In this document: one piece after another, positions 1-8,480 of the stretch
Numbering within the stretch: position 1 is the stretch's first letter
Layout: every line of letters starts with the position of its first letter
Assembly: GCA_033811195.1 (NCBI GenBank)
Contig: JAPXOZ010000004.1
Coordinates: 36,625 to 100,624, forward strand
Direction: 5' to 3'
From: Bacteroidales bacterium
GTDB taxonomy: Bacteria; Bacteroidota; Bacteroidia; Bacteroidales; UBA932
Length of the DNA stretch: 64,000 nucleotides
Notes under the pieces: model-generated
Told to the model about the DNA's origin: nothing
Databases searched by the model: none
What the model saw: the letters and a program-made list of their open reading frames with translations, nothing else
Program-made: the position numbers and the translations under genes

Positions 1-273
1 GGGACGGTTTCCCTTCTTTGTCGAGGCGAAAAGCGTAAATTGGCTCACCACCAGCACTTCGCCATCGGTATCAACCACGGAGAGATTCATCACTCCATTA
101 TCATCATCAAAAATTCGCAATGCAGCAATCTTGCGACACATCCAATCGATATCTTCCTGTGTGTCCGCCTCTTCAAACCCTACAAGCACCGTCATGCCAT
201 AGCCTATGGTAGCCACCACTTCACCGCCTATGCTGACACTCGAAGAAGACACTCTTTGTATTACGACTCTCAT
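1..273 (-). CDS. dtd: D-aminoacyl-tRNA deacylase (N-terminal 91 codons; 3' end lies beyond the left window edge)
   Basis: Absent from the ORF track because it has no stop inside the window. My reverse-strand translation from the ATG at 273-271 reads MRVVIQRVSSSSVSIGGEVVATIGYGMTVLVGFEEADTQEDIDWMCRKIAALRIFDDDNGVMNLSVVDTDGEVLVVSQFTLFASTKKGNRP. It carries the DTD-family SQFTL and KG-x-RP signatures. The + strand ORF 40..288 is its antisense shadow. Confidence 0.85.
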   Translation of the reverse strand, partial: MRVVIQRVSSSSVSIGGEVVATIGYGMTVLVGFEEADTQEDIDWMCRKIAALRIFDDDNGVMNLSVVDTDGEVLVVSQFTLFASTKKGNRP

Positions 274-307
274 AGTATTTATTTATAATTTGTAACAAAA
301 TGTTTTT

Positions 308-880
308 AGTTCTGAGTTTCGAGTTCCGAGTTTCGAGTTGTGCTCCGCACTCCATACTCCATACTCCACACTCAATACTCCACACTCATACTCCACACTC
401 AATACTCCATACTCCATACTCCATACTCCATACTCAATACTCAATACTCAATACTCCATACTCCATACTCCATACTCCATACTCCATACTCCATACTCCA
501 TACTCCATACTCCATACTCCATACTCAATACTCAATACTCAATACTCAATACTCATACTCCACACTCATACTCCACACTCAATACTCCATACTCCATACT
601 CCATACTCCACACTCAATACTCAATACTCAATACTCAATACTCAATACTATATACTCCACACTCATACTCCAAACTCATACTCCACACTCAATACTCAAT
701 ACTCAATACTCAATACTCCATACTCCACACTCCACACTCCAAACTCACCACTCCATACTACATACTCCACACTCCAAACTCCCCACTCCAAACTCCCCAC
801 TCCATACTACATACTCCCCACTCCCAACTCCCCACTCCAAACTACATACTCCCCACTCCAAACTCCCCACTCAGAACTCC
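308..880. repeat. Degenerate heptanucleotide tandem array: 5 GAGTT-polarity units (308-342) followed by about 78 ACTC-polarity units (343-880)
   Basis: Read directly: AGTTCTG AGTTTCG AGTTCCG AGTTTCG AGTTGTG, then CTCCGCA CTCCATA CTCCATA CTCCACA CTCAATA and so on. There are 10 consecutive CTCCATA units at 454-523. The 53-nt block 378-430 is repeated exactly at 558-610. The + strand has no G from 348 to 873. A 10-bp inverted repeat AGTTCTGAGT (308-317) / ACTCAGAACT (869-878) brackets the array. Confidence 0.95.
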
Positions 881-906
881 TCACTAAACCTCGCAACCCG
901 CACCAC

Positions 907-1683
907 TTATCCGCTTATACGGATCTTTATTCCCGCTTTCTTCAAAGGCTCAGCGGCCCGTTCCATCTCTTTTACTGAGACTTTCTCCAAAGTGGAAAGA
1001 GGAGGTTTCCGGTCAAGGGTGTAGAGCATAACTTCGCGCGGACGTAGTGACAGGACCATTTTCTGCCATCCCACCAGTAAGTCGCTCCTCATCGAATCCA
1101 CCTCCACACCGTTCACAACTCCACGCAAAAACATAGTCTGCAATATGAAATCACCCTCAAACCACTCCAGATTTGAAATCACTTCGCTGATGCTGTAATT
1201 GGGATTTTGGGGACGGTCAATAAGCGTGACATAATCCTTATTCACACCATCAAGCTTGAGAATCGGATTATCTACCTTACGCAGTGCCTCCTTTATTCCG
1301 GGTCTGCCTAGCATAGTTGCGTTTGAAAGCACAGAGATAACAGCTTTCGGAAAAAACTCATCCCTAAGAGCCACCGTATAATCTATGATTTCCGCAAAAT
1401 CGGGGTGTAGGGTAGGCTCGCCGTTGCCGGAAAATGTGATGGAATCTACAGGAATATTGTCGCGTTGGCACTCGTCCAATTTATTTCTTAGGGCCTCGAG
1501 TACCTGCTCCATCGTAGGAATCTTGCTATCTGAGCGTCCCTCTGAGTTCCATCCGCACTCGCAGTAAACACAGTCAAAGGAACAAATCTTGCCCTTGAGG
1601 GGCAGAAGATTTATCCCCAGCGAACTGCCAAGTCTTCTGCTTCTGATCGGACCAAAAACTATACTATCAAAATATATCGCCAT
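907..1683 (-). CDS. Radical SAM protein (specific function not assignable)
   Basis: 258-aa ORF with CSFDCVYC, a CxxxCxxC radical-SAM cluster motif, at about residue 34. Confidence 0.75.
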   Translation of the reverse strand: MAIYFDSIVFGPIRSRRLGSSLGINLLPLKGKICSFDCVYCECGWNSEGRSDSKIPTMEQVLEALRNKLDECQRDNIPVDSITFSGNGEPTLHPDFAEIIDYTVALRDEFFPKAVISVLSNATMLGRPGIKEALRKVDNPILKLDGVNKDYVTLIDRPQNPNYSISEVISNLEWFEGDFILQTMFLRGVVNGVEVDSMRSDLLVGWQKMVLSLRPREVMLYTLDRKPPLSTLEKVSVKEMERAAEPLKKAGIKIRISG

Positions 1684-1692
1684 AATCCTTTT

Positions 1693-2889
1693 CTATATTA
1701 TTCTTCGTGATCTGCTCTCTTTGGTGAGAGCCATTCTTTCGTAATTAATGTTGTCAATAAGAACTATACCTGGTTTTTTGCCTGGTGTAAATGATCCGAA
1801 GCGCTCTTCCACCCCGACAGCACAAGCACCGTTGAGGCAACACCATTTTAATATCTCTTCAAGCGGGATGTGAGGGAAATGCTCCTGGATGCATCGGATC
1901 TCCTCCACCATTGAGAGCTGATGGTTACTAGAGAGACTATCGGTACCAACACATATTGTAAGATTGTTTGCCATCAATAGATTTAGTGGGGGCAACATCC
2001 TATGGATGAATATGTTGGAGAGGGGACAGACTGCCCAATACGGGCTTTTGAGGATTTTCAGTGCCTCATCTATGCTCTCCTGGTCGGTAACCGTGTTATG
2101 GACCAGCAGTACCCTTCCCTCTATCGGAGCCTTCACCTCCTTCCGTAGGTTGTCAAGGAAGTATTTGAGCGCCGATTCGCCGGTTACCGGAGGCATTGAG
2201 CAACCACGCGCTTTGTAATCCTCTGCCAGTTCTCCCGTGCCGTATCTGATCATATCCTCCTCTTGGTCGCTCTCCTGGTTGTGGTAGGAGATATATCCTG
2301 ACTTAAGTCCCTCAGCTGCCGATAGACGATTGAGCAGCGGACTCATTGTATAGGAAGAGTGGGGGGTAGGTGCAGCGTCCAGCCCCATCCTTTTAGCCTT
2401 CTCCTGCAACTCTACTGCTCCGGCAAGTATTTGCAGCGCATCTTCCGGCTCCGTACCGAACACCTCAATATAGGTGCGGGTGTAGATAGGTGAGGAGACC
2501 TTACATTCAAAACTCTCGTCGCAGTTGCTAATATCCCCCATTACAGAGATACCGGCTGCATACATTTGCTCCATCTGTTCTGTAAGCGCGACTATCCGTT
2601 CTTCCTTACCTACTGTCAGGCGCAACGCATTTATCTGCCGTATGAAGCCATCCATACCTGTTCCATCGCGGAAAAGACCTTTCATATGAGAGAGTTCGAC
2701 ATGGCAATGGGCATTGGCAAACCCTGGAATCAATATGCCCTTCAGGTATTCTGCCGAAGCTCTAATTTTTAGGTCAAGTCTATCTCCGGAATCACAATAG
2801 AGGATTGTACCCTCGTCGTCCACCTCCACATATCCGTTTTTAATAGGTCTTCTGTCAATTGGGAAAATATAGTCGGCACTATATATCAT
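1693..2889 (-). CDS. Amidohydrolase-superfamily protein (chlorohydrolase/deaminase-like)
   Basis: 398-aa ORF with the N-terminal metal-binding HxH motif (FANAHCHVELSH). Length and layout are typical of metal-dependent amidohydrolases. Confidence 0.7.
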   Translation of the reverse strand: MIYSADYIFPIDRRPIKNGYVEVDDEGTILYCDSGDRLDLKIRASAEYLKGILIPGFANAHCHVELSHMKGLFRDGTGMDGFIRQINALRLTVGKEERIVALTEQMEQMYAAGISVMGDISNCDESFECKVSSPIYTRTYIEVFGTEPEDALQILAGAVELQEKAKRMGLDAAPTPHSSYTMSPLLNRLSAAEGLKSGYISYHNQESDQEEDMIRYGTGELAEDYKARGCSMPPVTGESALKYFLDNLRKEVKAPIEGRVLLVHNTVTDQESIDEALKILKSPYWAVCPLSNIFIHRMLPPLNLLMANNLTICVGTDSLSSNHQLSMVEEIRCIQEHFPHIPLEEILKWCCLNGACAVGVEERFGSFTPGKKPGIVLIDNINYERMALTKESRSRRII

Positions 2890-3494
2890 TTGGTTTTTTG
2901 TTGTTTGAATTTTTTGCTGAGTTCAAGAAGTTCTTCTTTGGTAAGACGCTTTTCACGTGTGGTGATGCGCCGATTTTTCGTATCGGGCAGTTCTCGAGCA
3001 ACAGTATCTTGAACAGAAGTGTCATCAACTGACCTCTTCTGAGCCGAAGTGTCCAGACCAAAGGCATCTTCTTCGGGGAAGGCTATGTGCTCTTCAACGG
3101 GTGCACCCTCGTCAAAATCTATAGACTCTTCCATCATTCTTCTATCTTCATCCACACCATGTTGCTGCAGATCATAAAGATATTGTTCACGCTCTTTTAG
3201 CTTTGTTTCTACTGCTTGAATCATCTTGAGGAATTTCTCAGGATCCCTGAGGTAAAAATTGATTGAATTGACAAATTCCTCTTCGGTATATCCGTATTTA
3301 TCAAGTAGCGGGGCATAAACTTTCATTGAATCACTTTGGGCTCTTATTTTGGGATTGTGTTCAACATAGGTGTCGAGAAGAGAGATCTCATAATATATCT
3401 GTATCATCTTCTTTTCGGGGATGTCCGCTCTGGGGCCACAGGAGAGAGCTGTAAGCAGTAGTGAGAGTATGAGTATGCCTGTACGTTTCATCAC
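2886..3494 (-). CDS. Lipoprotein of unknown function (DUF4296-like)
   Basis: Signal peptide with a lipobox (LLLTALSC) and a charged K/E-rich C-terminal tail. 4-nt ATGA-type overlap with the downstream amidohydrolase gene. Confidence 0.55.
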   Translation of the reverse strand: MMKRTGILILSLLLTALSCGPRADIPEKKMIQIYYEISLLDTYVEHNPKIRAQSDSMKVYAPLLDKYGYTEEEFVNSINFYLRDPEKFLKMIQAVETKLKEREQYLYDLQQHGVDEDRRMMEESIDFDEGAPVEEHIAFPEEDAFGLDTSAQKRSVDDTSVQDTVARELPDTKNRRITTREKRLTKEELLELSKKFKQQKTK

Positions 3495-3567
3495 AGAAGT
3501 TTTGCCGTTTAAACTCCAAATATAGCAATTTTTATACCTATCTTTGTCAAAATTAGTTTCAACTGGT

Positions 3568-4848
3568 ATGAATGTCCTTGTATTGGGTTCGGGTGGAAGG
3601 GAAAGTGCTTTAGCCTGGAAATTATCCGGCAGTCCTCTTGCAGAGCATCTTTACTGTATGCCAGGCAACCCTGGCACCGCCACTTTCGCGACAAATGTGA
3701 ATTGCGGTCTCTCCGATTTTGAATCTATTGCACAACATATTTCCGATCTTTCGGTTGATATGCTCGTCGTAGGTCCTGAAAATCCTCTTGTTGAGGGTAT
3801 TACCGATTTTCTTCAAGATAGAATGCCTTCACTTATGGTTATAGGTCCCAGCCGTGATGGAGCAAGGCTTGAAGGCAGTAAGGATTTTGCTAAGGCTTTT
3901 ATGACAAGGTACTCCATTCCTACTGCTGCATACAGGACTTTCGAGAGTTCCCAGTTTGAAGATGCTTATGCTTTCCTGGAGCAGCTCAAGCCTCCTTATG
4001 TTCTCAAGGCAGATGGTCTTGCCGCCGGCAAGGGAGTGATCATCAGTCATTCTATAGAAGAGGCCCGTCAGGAACTTGCCTCGATGTTCGAAGGCCGTTT
4101 CGGAGAAGCCGGTGCTAAAGTGGTAATAGAAGAGTTCCTTTCGGGTATTGAACTCTCGGTTTTCGTGCTGACTGACGGCAGAGATTATCTGATGCTTCCC
4201 AACGCTAAAGACTATAAACGAATTGCCGAAGGTGATACCGGTCCCAATACCGGTGGTATGGGTTCGGTCTCTCCGGTGCCTTTTGCGGATGATCTCTTTA
4301 TGTCAAAAGTTGAAGAGCGTATAGTAAGACCTACTATACGCGGTATAGAAGCTGAGGGCATGAATTACTGCGGTTTCATATTTATAGGTTTGATGAATTG
4401 TGGCGGTGACCCTTATGTAATAGAATACAATGTCCGTATGGGAGACCCTGAGTGTGAATCGGTCGTAAGGCGCATTGATAGTGACCTTCTGGGACATCTT
4501 ATAGCTGCCGCCAAGGGTAATCTCTCTTCGGAGAAGATAATTGTCTCGCCTATGAGTTCGGTTACAGTAATGGCAGTTTCCGGAGGTTACCCGGGCAGTT
4601 ACGGCAAAGGATTTCCGATTTCAGGACTTGATGTAGACTCGAAAGAAGATGATATTGTTCTGTTTCATGCCGGTACTGCTGTTTCAGGAGCTGAAGTGGT
4701 GACATCAGGTGGCAGAGTGCTGGCAGTAACATCCCTGGCAAAATCCCTGGCTGAGGCGCGAGAAGCCTCCTACAGAAGACTTGCAGACATTTCATTTGAA
4801 GGTATATTTTACCGTAGCGATATAGGTAGCGACTTGTTGAATTTCTGA
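3568..4848 (+). CDS. purD: Phosphoribosylamine--glycine ligase
   Basis: The ORF 3544..4848 starts at a TTG. The in-frame ATG at 3568 gives the canonical PurD N-terminus MNVLVLGSGGRESALAWKL, followed by the ATP-grasp body and GG(R)VL near the C-terminus. Confidence 0.9.
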   Translation: MNVLVLGSGGRESALAWKLSGSPLAEHLYCMPGNPGTATFATNVNCGLSDFESIAQHISDLSVDMLVVGPENPLVEGITDFLQDRMPSLMVIGPSRDGARLEGSKDFAKAFMTRYSIPTAAYRTFESSQFEDAYAFLEQLKPPYVLKADGLAAGKGVIISHSIEEARQELASMFEGRFGEAGAKVVIEEFLSGIELSVFVLTDGRDYLMLPNAKDYKRIAEGDTGPNTGGMGSVSPVPFADDLFMSKVEERIVRPTIRGIEAEGMNYCGFIFIGLMNCGGDPYVIEYNVRMGDPECESVVRRIDSDLLGHLIAAAKGNLSSEKIIVSPMSSVTVMAVSGGYPGSYGKGFPISGLDVDSKEDDIVLFHAGTAVSGAEVVTSGGRVLAVTSLAKSLAEAREASYRRLADISFEGIFYRSDIGSDLLNF

Positions 4849-4863
4849 TAAGGATAGGGTGGA

Positions 4864-5850
4864 GTGAGTACATCAAAGATAAACGGAAGGACGATAGCAC
4901 TACTTGTTTTAGCGGTGGTGCTATATGTGAGCGCTTTTTTTATTGCTCCGGAACCTATGGATTATGATACAGTGCTGCCTTTTGGAAGTCCGAGGTTTCT
5001 TGACACGATATTCGGAGCGACCACTCTATCCTATATTCTGTCGATAGTTTTTATGATAGTTACCGCAGCCAGTATCTATTACTTCAATTTGATGTTCACC
5101 TCCGGTATCAACTATTTGCTACCGGTATTGTATATATTTCTTGTGGTATACAATCCAAGGGTGATCTTTTTCTCACCGCTTCATATCGTAGCGCTTCTGT
5201 TGCTTTGGTCACTCGTCTTTTCCGCTCGATACCGCAACTCCGTTCAAAATTTGAGCAATAACTTTGTTTCGTTTTTCCTATTTGGCACTGCCTCGTTATT
5301 CTTCCCCCAGCTGGTCTGGATTTTTCCTCTAATCATACTTGTCAATCTTAGGGCTTCCGAGGAGAAGTTAAAGTATATTTTTACCTCATTCCTCGGGGTA
5401 CTCACTCCACTTGTAATGGCTGGTGCAATATGCTATATATTTGGTGGAAATCAGTTTCTGAATGGAGTAATAGCCTCTTTCTGGGTTTCAATGAGTACTC
5501 TTGGCAGATATACTTTTAATTTTTCTGCTGTAGAAATTGCAGCTGCACTTTTTATGATCATTTTTGCTTTGATTTCAACCTTTTATGTGCTGCGCAATCT
5601 CAATCGTTACAAGATTATTCACTCAAATACTTCTATCCGCATCATCTTTTTTGCGATACTGATTTCACTTATTTGTGCGGTTTTTATTACGGACATCCGT
5701 GATCCGTATGGTGTGATGCTTTATGTGCCGGTTTCGCTGATTCTTTTTGAGTATCTCTCTTCCTCTAAAAACAACAAGGGGGCCACTATATTTTGTATAG
5801 TAGTATCCGGCCTTGCAATAATCTCAAGAATTATAGTTTTCGTTCGTTAG
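4864..5850 (+). CDS. Integral membrane protein of unknown function
   Basis: 328-aa ORF (GTG start), hydrophobic throughout with roughly 8-9 predicted transmembrane segments. I recognise no catalytic motif. Confidence 0.55.
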   Translation: MSTSKINGRTIALLVLAVVLYVSAFFIAPEPMDYDTVLPFGSPRFLDTIFGATTLSYILSIVFMIVTAASIYYFNLMFTSGINYLLPVLYIFLVVYNPRVIFFSPLHIVALLLLWSLVFSARYRNSVQNLSNNFVSFFLFGTASLFFPQLVWIFPLIILVNLRASEEKLKYIFTSFLGVLTPLVMAGAICYIFGGNQFLNGVIASFWVSMSTLGRYTFNFSAVEIAAALFMIIFALISTFYVLRNLNRYKIIHSNTSIRIIFFAILISLICAVFITDIRDPYGVMLYVPVSLILFEYLSSSKNNKGATIFCIVVSGLAIISRIIVFVR

Positions 5851-6410
5851 ATTCCATCCATAAAGTCGAAGCATCCGTCGTGAAAGCCTTTTAGGTCCAT
5901 GGCCTTGTAGATTTTTTGAATTTCACGCTGGTCTGCCATGGGGTCATCCGTCAGCTCGAATCGCTCGCCGTATCCTATAACTTTGCGTCCCCAGTCGAAA
6001 TAACCCAGATAGACCGGGACACCGGTCGCTTTGGCAATGGTATGGAATCCTAATTTCCACCTTTTTACAGCCTTGCGTGTTCCTTCGGGTGCCAGAGCCA
6101 GGTGAAATTTTTCGCAGGAATTGAAAATATCAATCATCTGTTTGATAACTGAGGCCCCGCTTTTACGGTCAATTGGGAAGGCGTGGAGTTTTTTGAGCAA
6201 CCAACCCAGAGGCCAGAAAAACATCTCCTTTTTTATCATGCATTTTGCTTCTCCTCCAATTCCCATGTAATAGAGGTAGGAGACCGCAAAATCCCAGATG
6301 GATGTATGGGGTACCCCAAGTATGATGCATTTGTCTTCAGGTACGGGGACGTCCTGAGTTACTTTCCAGCCCAGGCTTTTCAAAAGAAATTTACAGAATT
6401 TGCGCCACAT
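5847..6410 (-). CDS. Lysophospholipid / 1-acyl-sn-glycerol-3-phosphate acyltransferase family protein
   Basis: HX4D acyltransferase motif (PHTSIWD) and the EGTR block (LAPEGTRK). Confidence 0.7.
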   Translation of the reverse strand: MWRKFCKFLLKSLGWKVTQDVPVPEDKCIILGVPHTSIWDFAVSYLYYMGIGGEAKCMIKKEMFFWPLGWLLKKLHAFPIDRKSGASVIKQMIDIFNSCEKFHLALAPEGTRKAVKRWKLGFHTIAKATGVPVYLGYFDWGRKVIGYGERFELTDDPMADQREIQKIYKAMDLKGFHDGCFDFMDGI

Positions 6411-8347
6411 TATTGAACTTCTTCGGTATTGTTGATATCGGAACGGAGATTGTTCCTAATGAATTTTTGTCTCACGGGCGTGTTGGTGCCCATATAGAAT
6501 TCTATTATATCGTTGATATTCTCCTCTTTGGTCAGGCGTACTGCATCAAGGCGCATTTCAGGCCCGATAAAGCCCTTGAACTCTTCGGGAGAAATCTCTC
6601 CAAGGCCTTTAAAACGGGTCACTTCAGCCTTTTTGCCTAGTTTGTTGACAACTTTGTCTTTCTCTGCGGAATTGTAGCAATAGATGTTGGTTTTTTTGTC
6701 AGTTACCCTGAATAGCGGTGTCTTGAGTATATAGAGATGACCCATACGCACGAGATCAGGGTGGAACTTGAGGAAAAAGGTAAGTAGCAGCAGACGAATG
6801 TGCATTCCGTCTACGTCAGCATCGGTGGCGATTACCACATTGTTGTAGCGCAGGTTTTCAATATCCTCTTCAATACCGAGCGCGGACTGAAGCAAGCAGA
6901 GTTCTTCATTACGATCTACATATAGGTCCTTTTTGGAGGCCTTGGCGCAATTGAAGGGTTTTCCCTTTAGGCTGAATACAGCTTGAATGTTTGCGTCCCT
7001 GCTGGATGTGATAGAGCCTGATGCAGAATCTCCCTCGGTGATGAATATTGTTGTCTCCTTTGCCTGAGGATGCATTTCACCCCTGGTAGTCTTGTCATTA
7101 TAGTGGACTCGGCAGTCTCTGAGTTTTTTATTGTAGACGTTGGCTTTTTTGAGACGTTCTCTGGTCTTTCTGCTCACTTTGGAGATAGCTGTTCGCTCCT
7201 GTTCCGATTCCTGTATCTTTTTTAGGATAATGTCCGCCACATCTAGGTTTTTGTGGAGATAATTGTCCAGTTCAGTCATCAGAAAATCAGTCATAGTCTT
7301 GCTTATGGTTGGACCGTGAGTGCCATCCTGTTTGTTCTGCCACATATATTTGGACCCCAACTGCACTTTTGTCTGTCCCTCAAATTCCGGCTCCTGAATG
7401 CGTACACTGACTGCACCTATGATTGATTGGCGAATGTCCACCGGATTGAAATCTTTTTTGTAATAGTCTCTGAGTGTCTTAGTCAGCGCTTCTCTAAATG
7501 CCGAGAGGTGTGTGCCACCGAGAGTCGTATTTTGTCCGTTTACAAAGGAGTGTATATTCTCTCCGTAATCATTGCCGTGAGTGAAGACTATCTCGATATC
7601 CCCGTTTTTTAGGTGAATAGGGGGATAGAGCGGTTCTTCGACCAAATTGTCGTTGAGTAGATCGAGCAGCCCGTTCTCGGATTTGTAGTCGGTGCCGTTG
7701 AAACTAAGTTTTAAACCTACGTTGAGATAGGAATAGTTCCGTAGCATCGTGTCGATGTACTCCAAATTGTATTGGTAGGGTTCGAAGAGTGTATCATCAG
7801 GAACAAAAGTTACCAGAGTTCCGTTTTTCTCCGTGGTTGGTTCCGGCGTAAAGTTGGGAGTGGTGAGGATACCCTTTTCGTATTCAAGTGCAAGGGTCTC
7901 TCCCGAACGGAAAGACTGTACGGTGAAATGTGAGGAGAGTGCGTTAACTGCCTTTAAGCCGACACCATTCATACCTACCGATTTCTGGAAGGTCTTGTCG
8001 TCAAATTTTGCCCCGGTGTGCAGTTTTGTCACAGCTGCGTCAAGCTGGTTGACACTCTTATCTTTTTCGCTGAAGCCAAAAGGGATGCCGCGTCCGAAGT
8101 CTCTTATATGTATTTTCTTGTCCTCGATCTCCATGTTGATTTGTTTACCGTAACCCATGGCAAATTCATCAATGGAGTTGTCAATCACCTCCTTCATCAG
8201 CACATACATTCCGTCGTTGGGCTCGGTACCATCCCCAAGACGCCCGATGTACATTCCGGGCCTAAGTCTTATATGTTCGAGGTCTTCCAGAGTGACGATG
8301 CTCTCATCGTCGTATACATGGTTATTCAATTTCTCTGTTTGTTCCAT
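6410..8347 (-). CDS. parE: Type IIA DNA topoisomerase subunit B, most likely topoisomerase IV subunit B
   Basis: 645 aa with a GHKL ATPase N-terminus (HIRLRPGMYIGRLGDG, which I associate with Bacteroidetes ParE rather than GyrB) and TOPRIM EGDSA (ITEGDSASGS). Confidence 0.75.
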   Translation of the reverse strand: MEQTEKLNNHVYDDESIVTLEDLEHIRLRPGMYIGRLGDGTEPNDGMYVLMKEVIDNSIDEFAMGYGKQINMEIEDKKIHIRDFGRGIPFGFSEKDKSVNQLDAAVTKLHTGAKFDDKTFQKSVGMNGVGLKAVNALSSHFTVQSFRSGETLALEYEKGILTTPNFTPEPTTEKNGTLVTFVPDDTLFEPYQYNLEYIDTMLRNYSYLNVGLKLSFNGTDYKSENGLLDLLNDNLVEEPLYPPIHLKNGDIEIVFTHGNDYGENIHSFVNGQNTTLGGTHLSAFREALTKTLRDYYKKDFNPVDIRQSIIGAVSVRIQEPEFEGQTKVQLGSKYMWQNKQDGTHGPTISKTMTDFLMTELDNYLHKNLDVADIILKKIQESEQERTAISKVSRKTRERLKKANVYNKKLRDCRVHYNDKTTRGEMHPQAKETTIFITEGDSASGSITSSRDANIQAVFSLKGKPFNCAKASKKDLYVDRNEELCLLQSALGIEEDIENLRYNNVVIATDADVDGMHIRLLLLTFFLKFHPDLVRMGHLYILKTPLFRVTDKKTNIYCYNSAEKDKVVNKLGKKAEVTRFKGLGEISPEEFKGFIGPEMRLDAVRLTKEENINDIIEFYMGTNTPVRQKFIRNNLRSDINNTEEVQ

Positions 8348-8378
8348 CTATTGTTCTTTCAAATTTACAATATGAGCG

Positions 8379-8386
8379 CAAATATA
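8379..8386 (-). promoter_or_regulatory. Candidate Bacteroidetes -7 promoter box TATATTTG (TAnnTTTG) for parE
   Basis: The reverse complement of CAAATATA at 8379-8386 lies 32-39 nt upstream of the parE ATG (8347). Confidence 0.4.
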
Positions 8387-8419
8387 GCACTTTTTGTGCC
8401 TTTATTGAGAAGAAAATCT

Positions 8420-8427
8420 TATTTTTG
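8420..8427 (+). promoter_or_regulatory. Candidate -7 promoter box TATTTTTG for mutA
   Basis: TAnnTTTG match about 54 nt upstream of the mutA ATG (8481). Confidence 0.35.
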
Positions 8428-8480
8428 CAAGATATTCAAAGGTAATATCTAAAACAATATAATAAAAACTTTATAATTTT

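Noticed and set aside
300-1024. Three overlapping + strand ORFs (300..887, 338..1024, 340..978; 195-228 aa) encoding HTPYSIL-type repeats
   Set aside because: They exist only because the ACTC-type heptads contain no stop codon in any forward frame. All three frames are open at once, the period is 7 nt (not 3), there is no plausible start context, and 338..1024 runs antisense into the radical-SAM gene. I treat them as non-coding repeat.
3544-3567. TTG start for purD given by the ORF track
   Set aside because: The ATG at 3568 gives the canonical MNVLVLGSGGRE N-terminus. The eight extra codons are not conserved-looking.
8348-8480. Cobalamin riboswitch upstream of the B12-dependent mutase genes
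   Set aside because: The divergent intergenic region is only 133 nt and AT-rich, with two promoter boxes. That is too short, and it lacks any B12-box-like GC-rich core.
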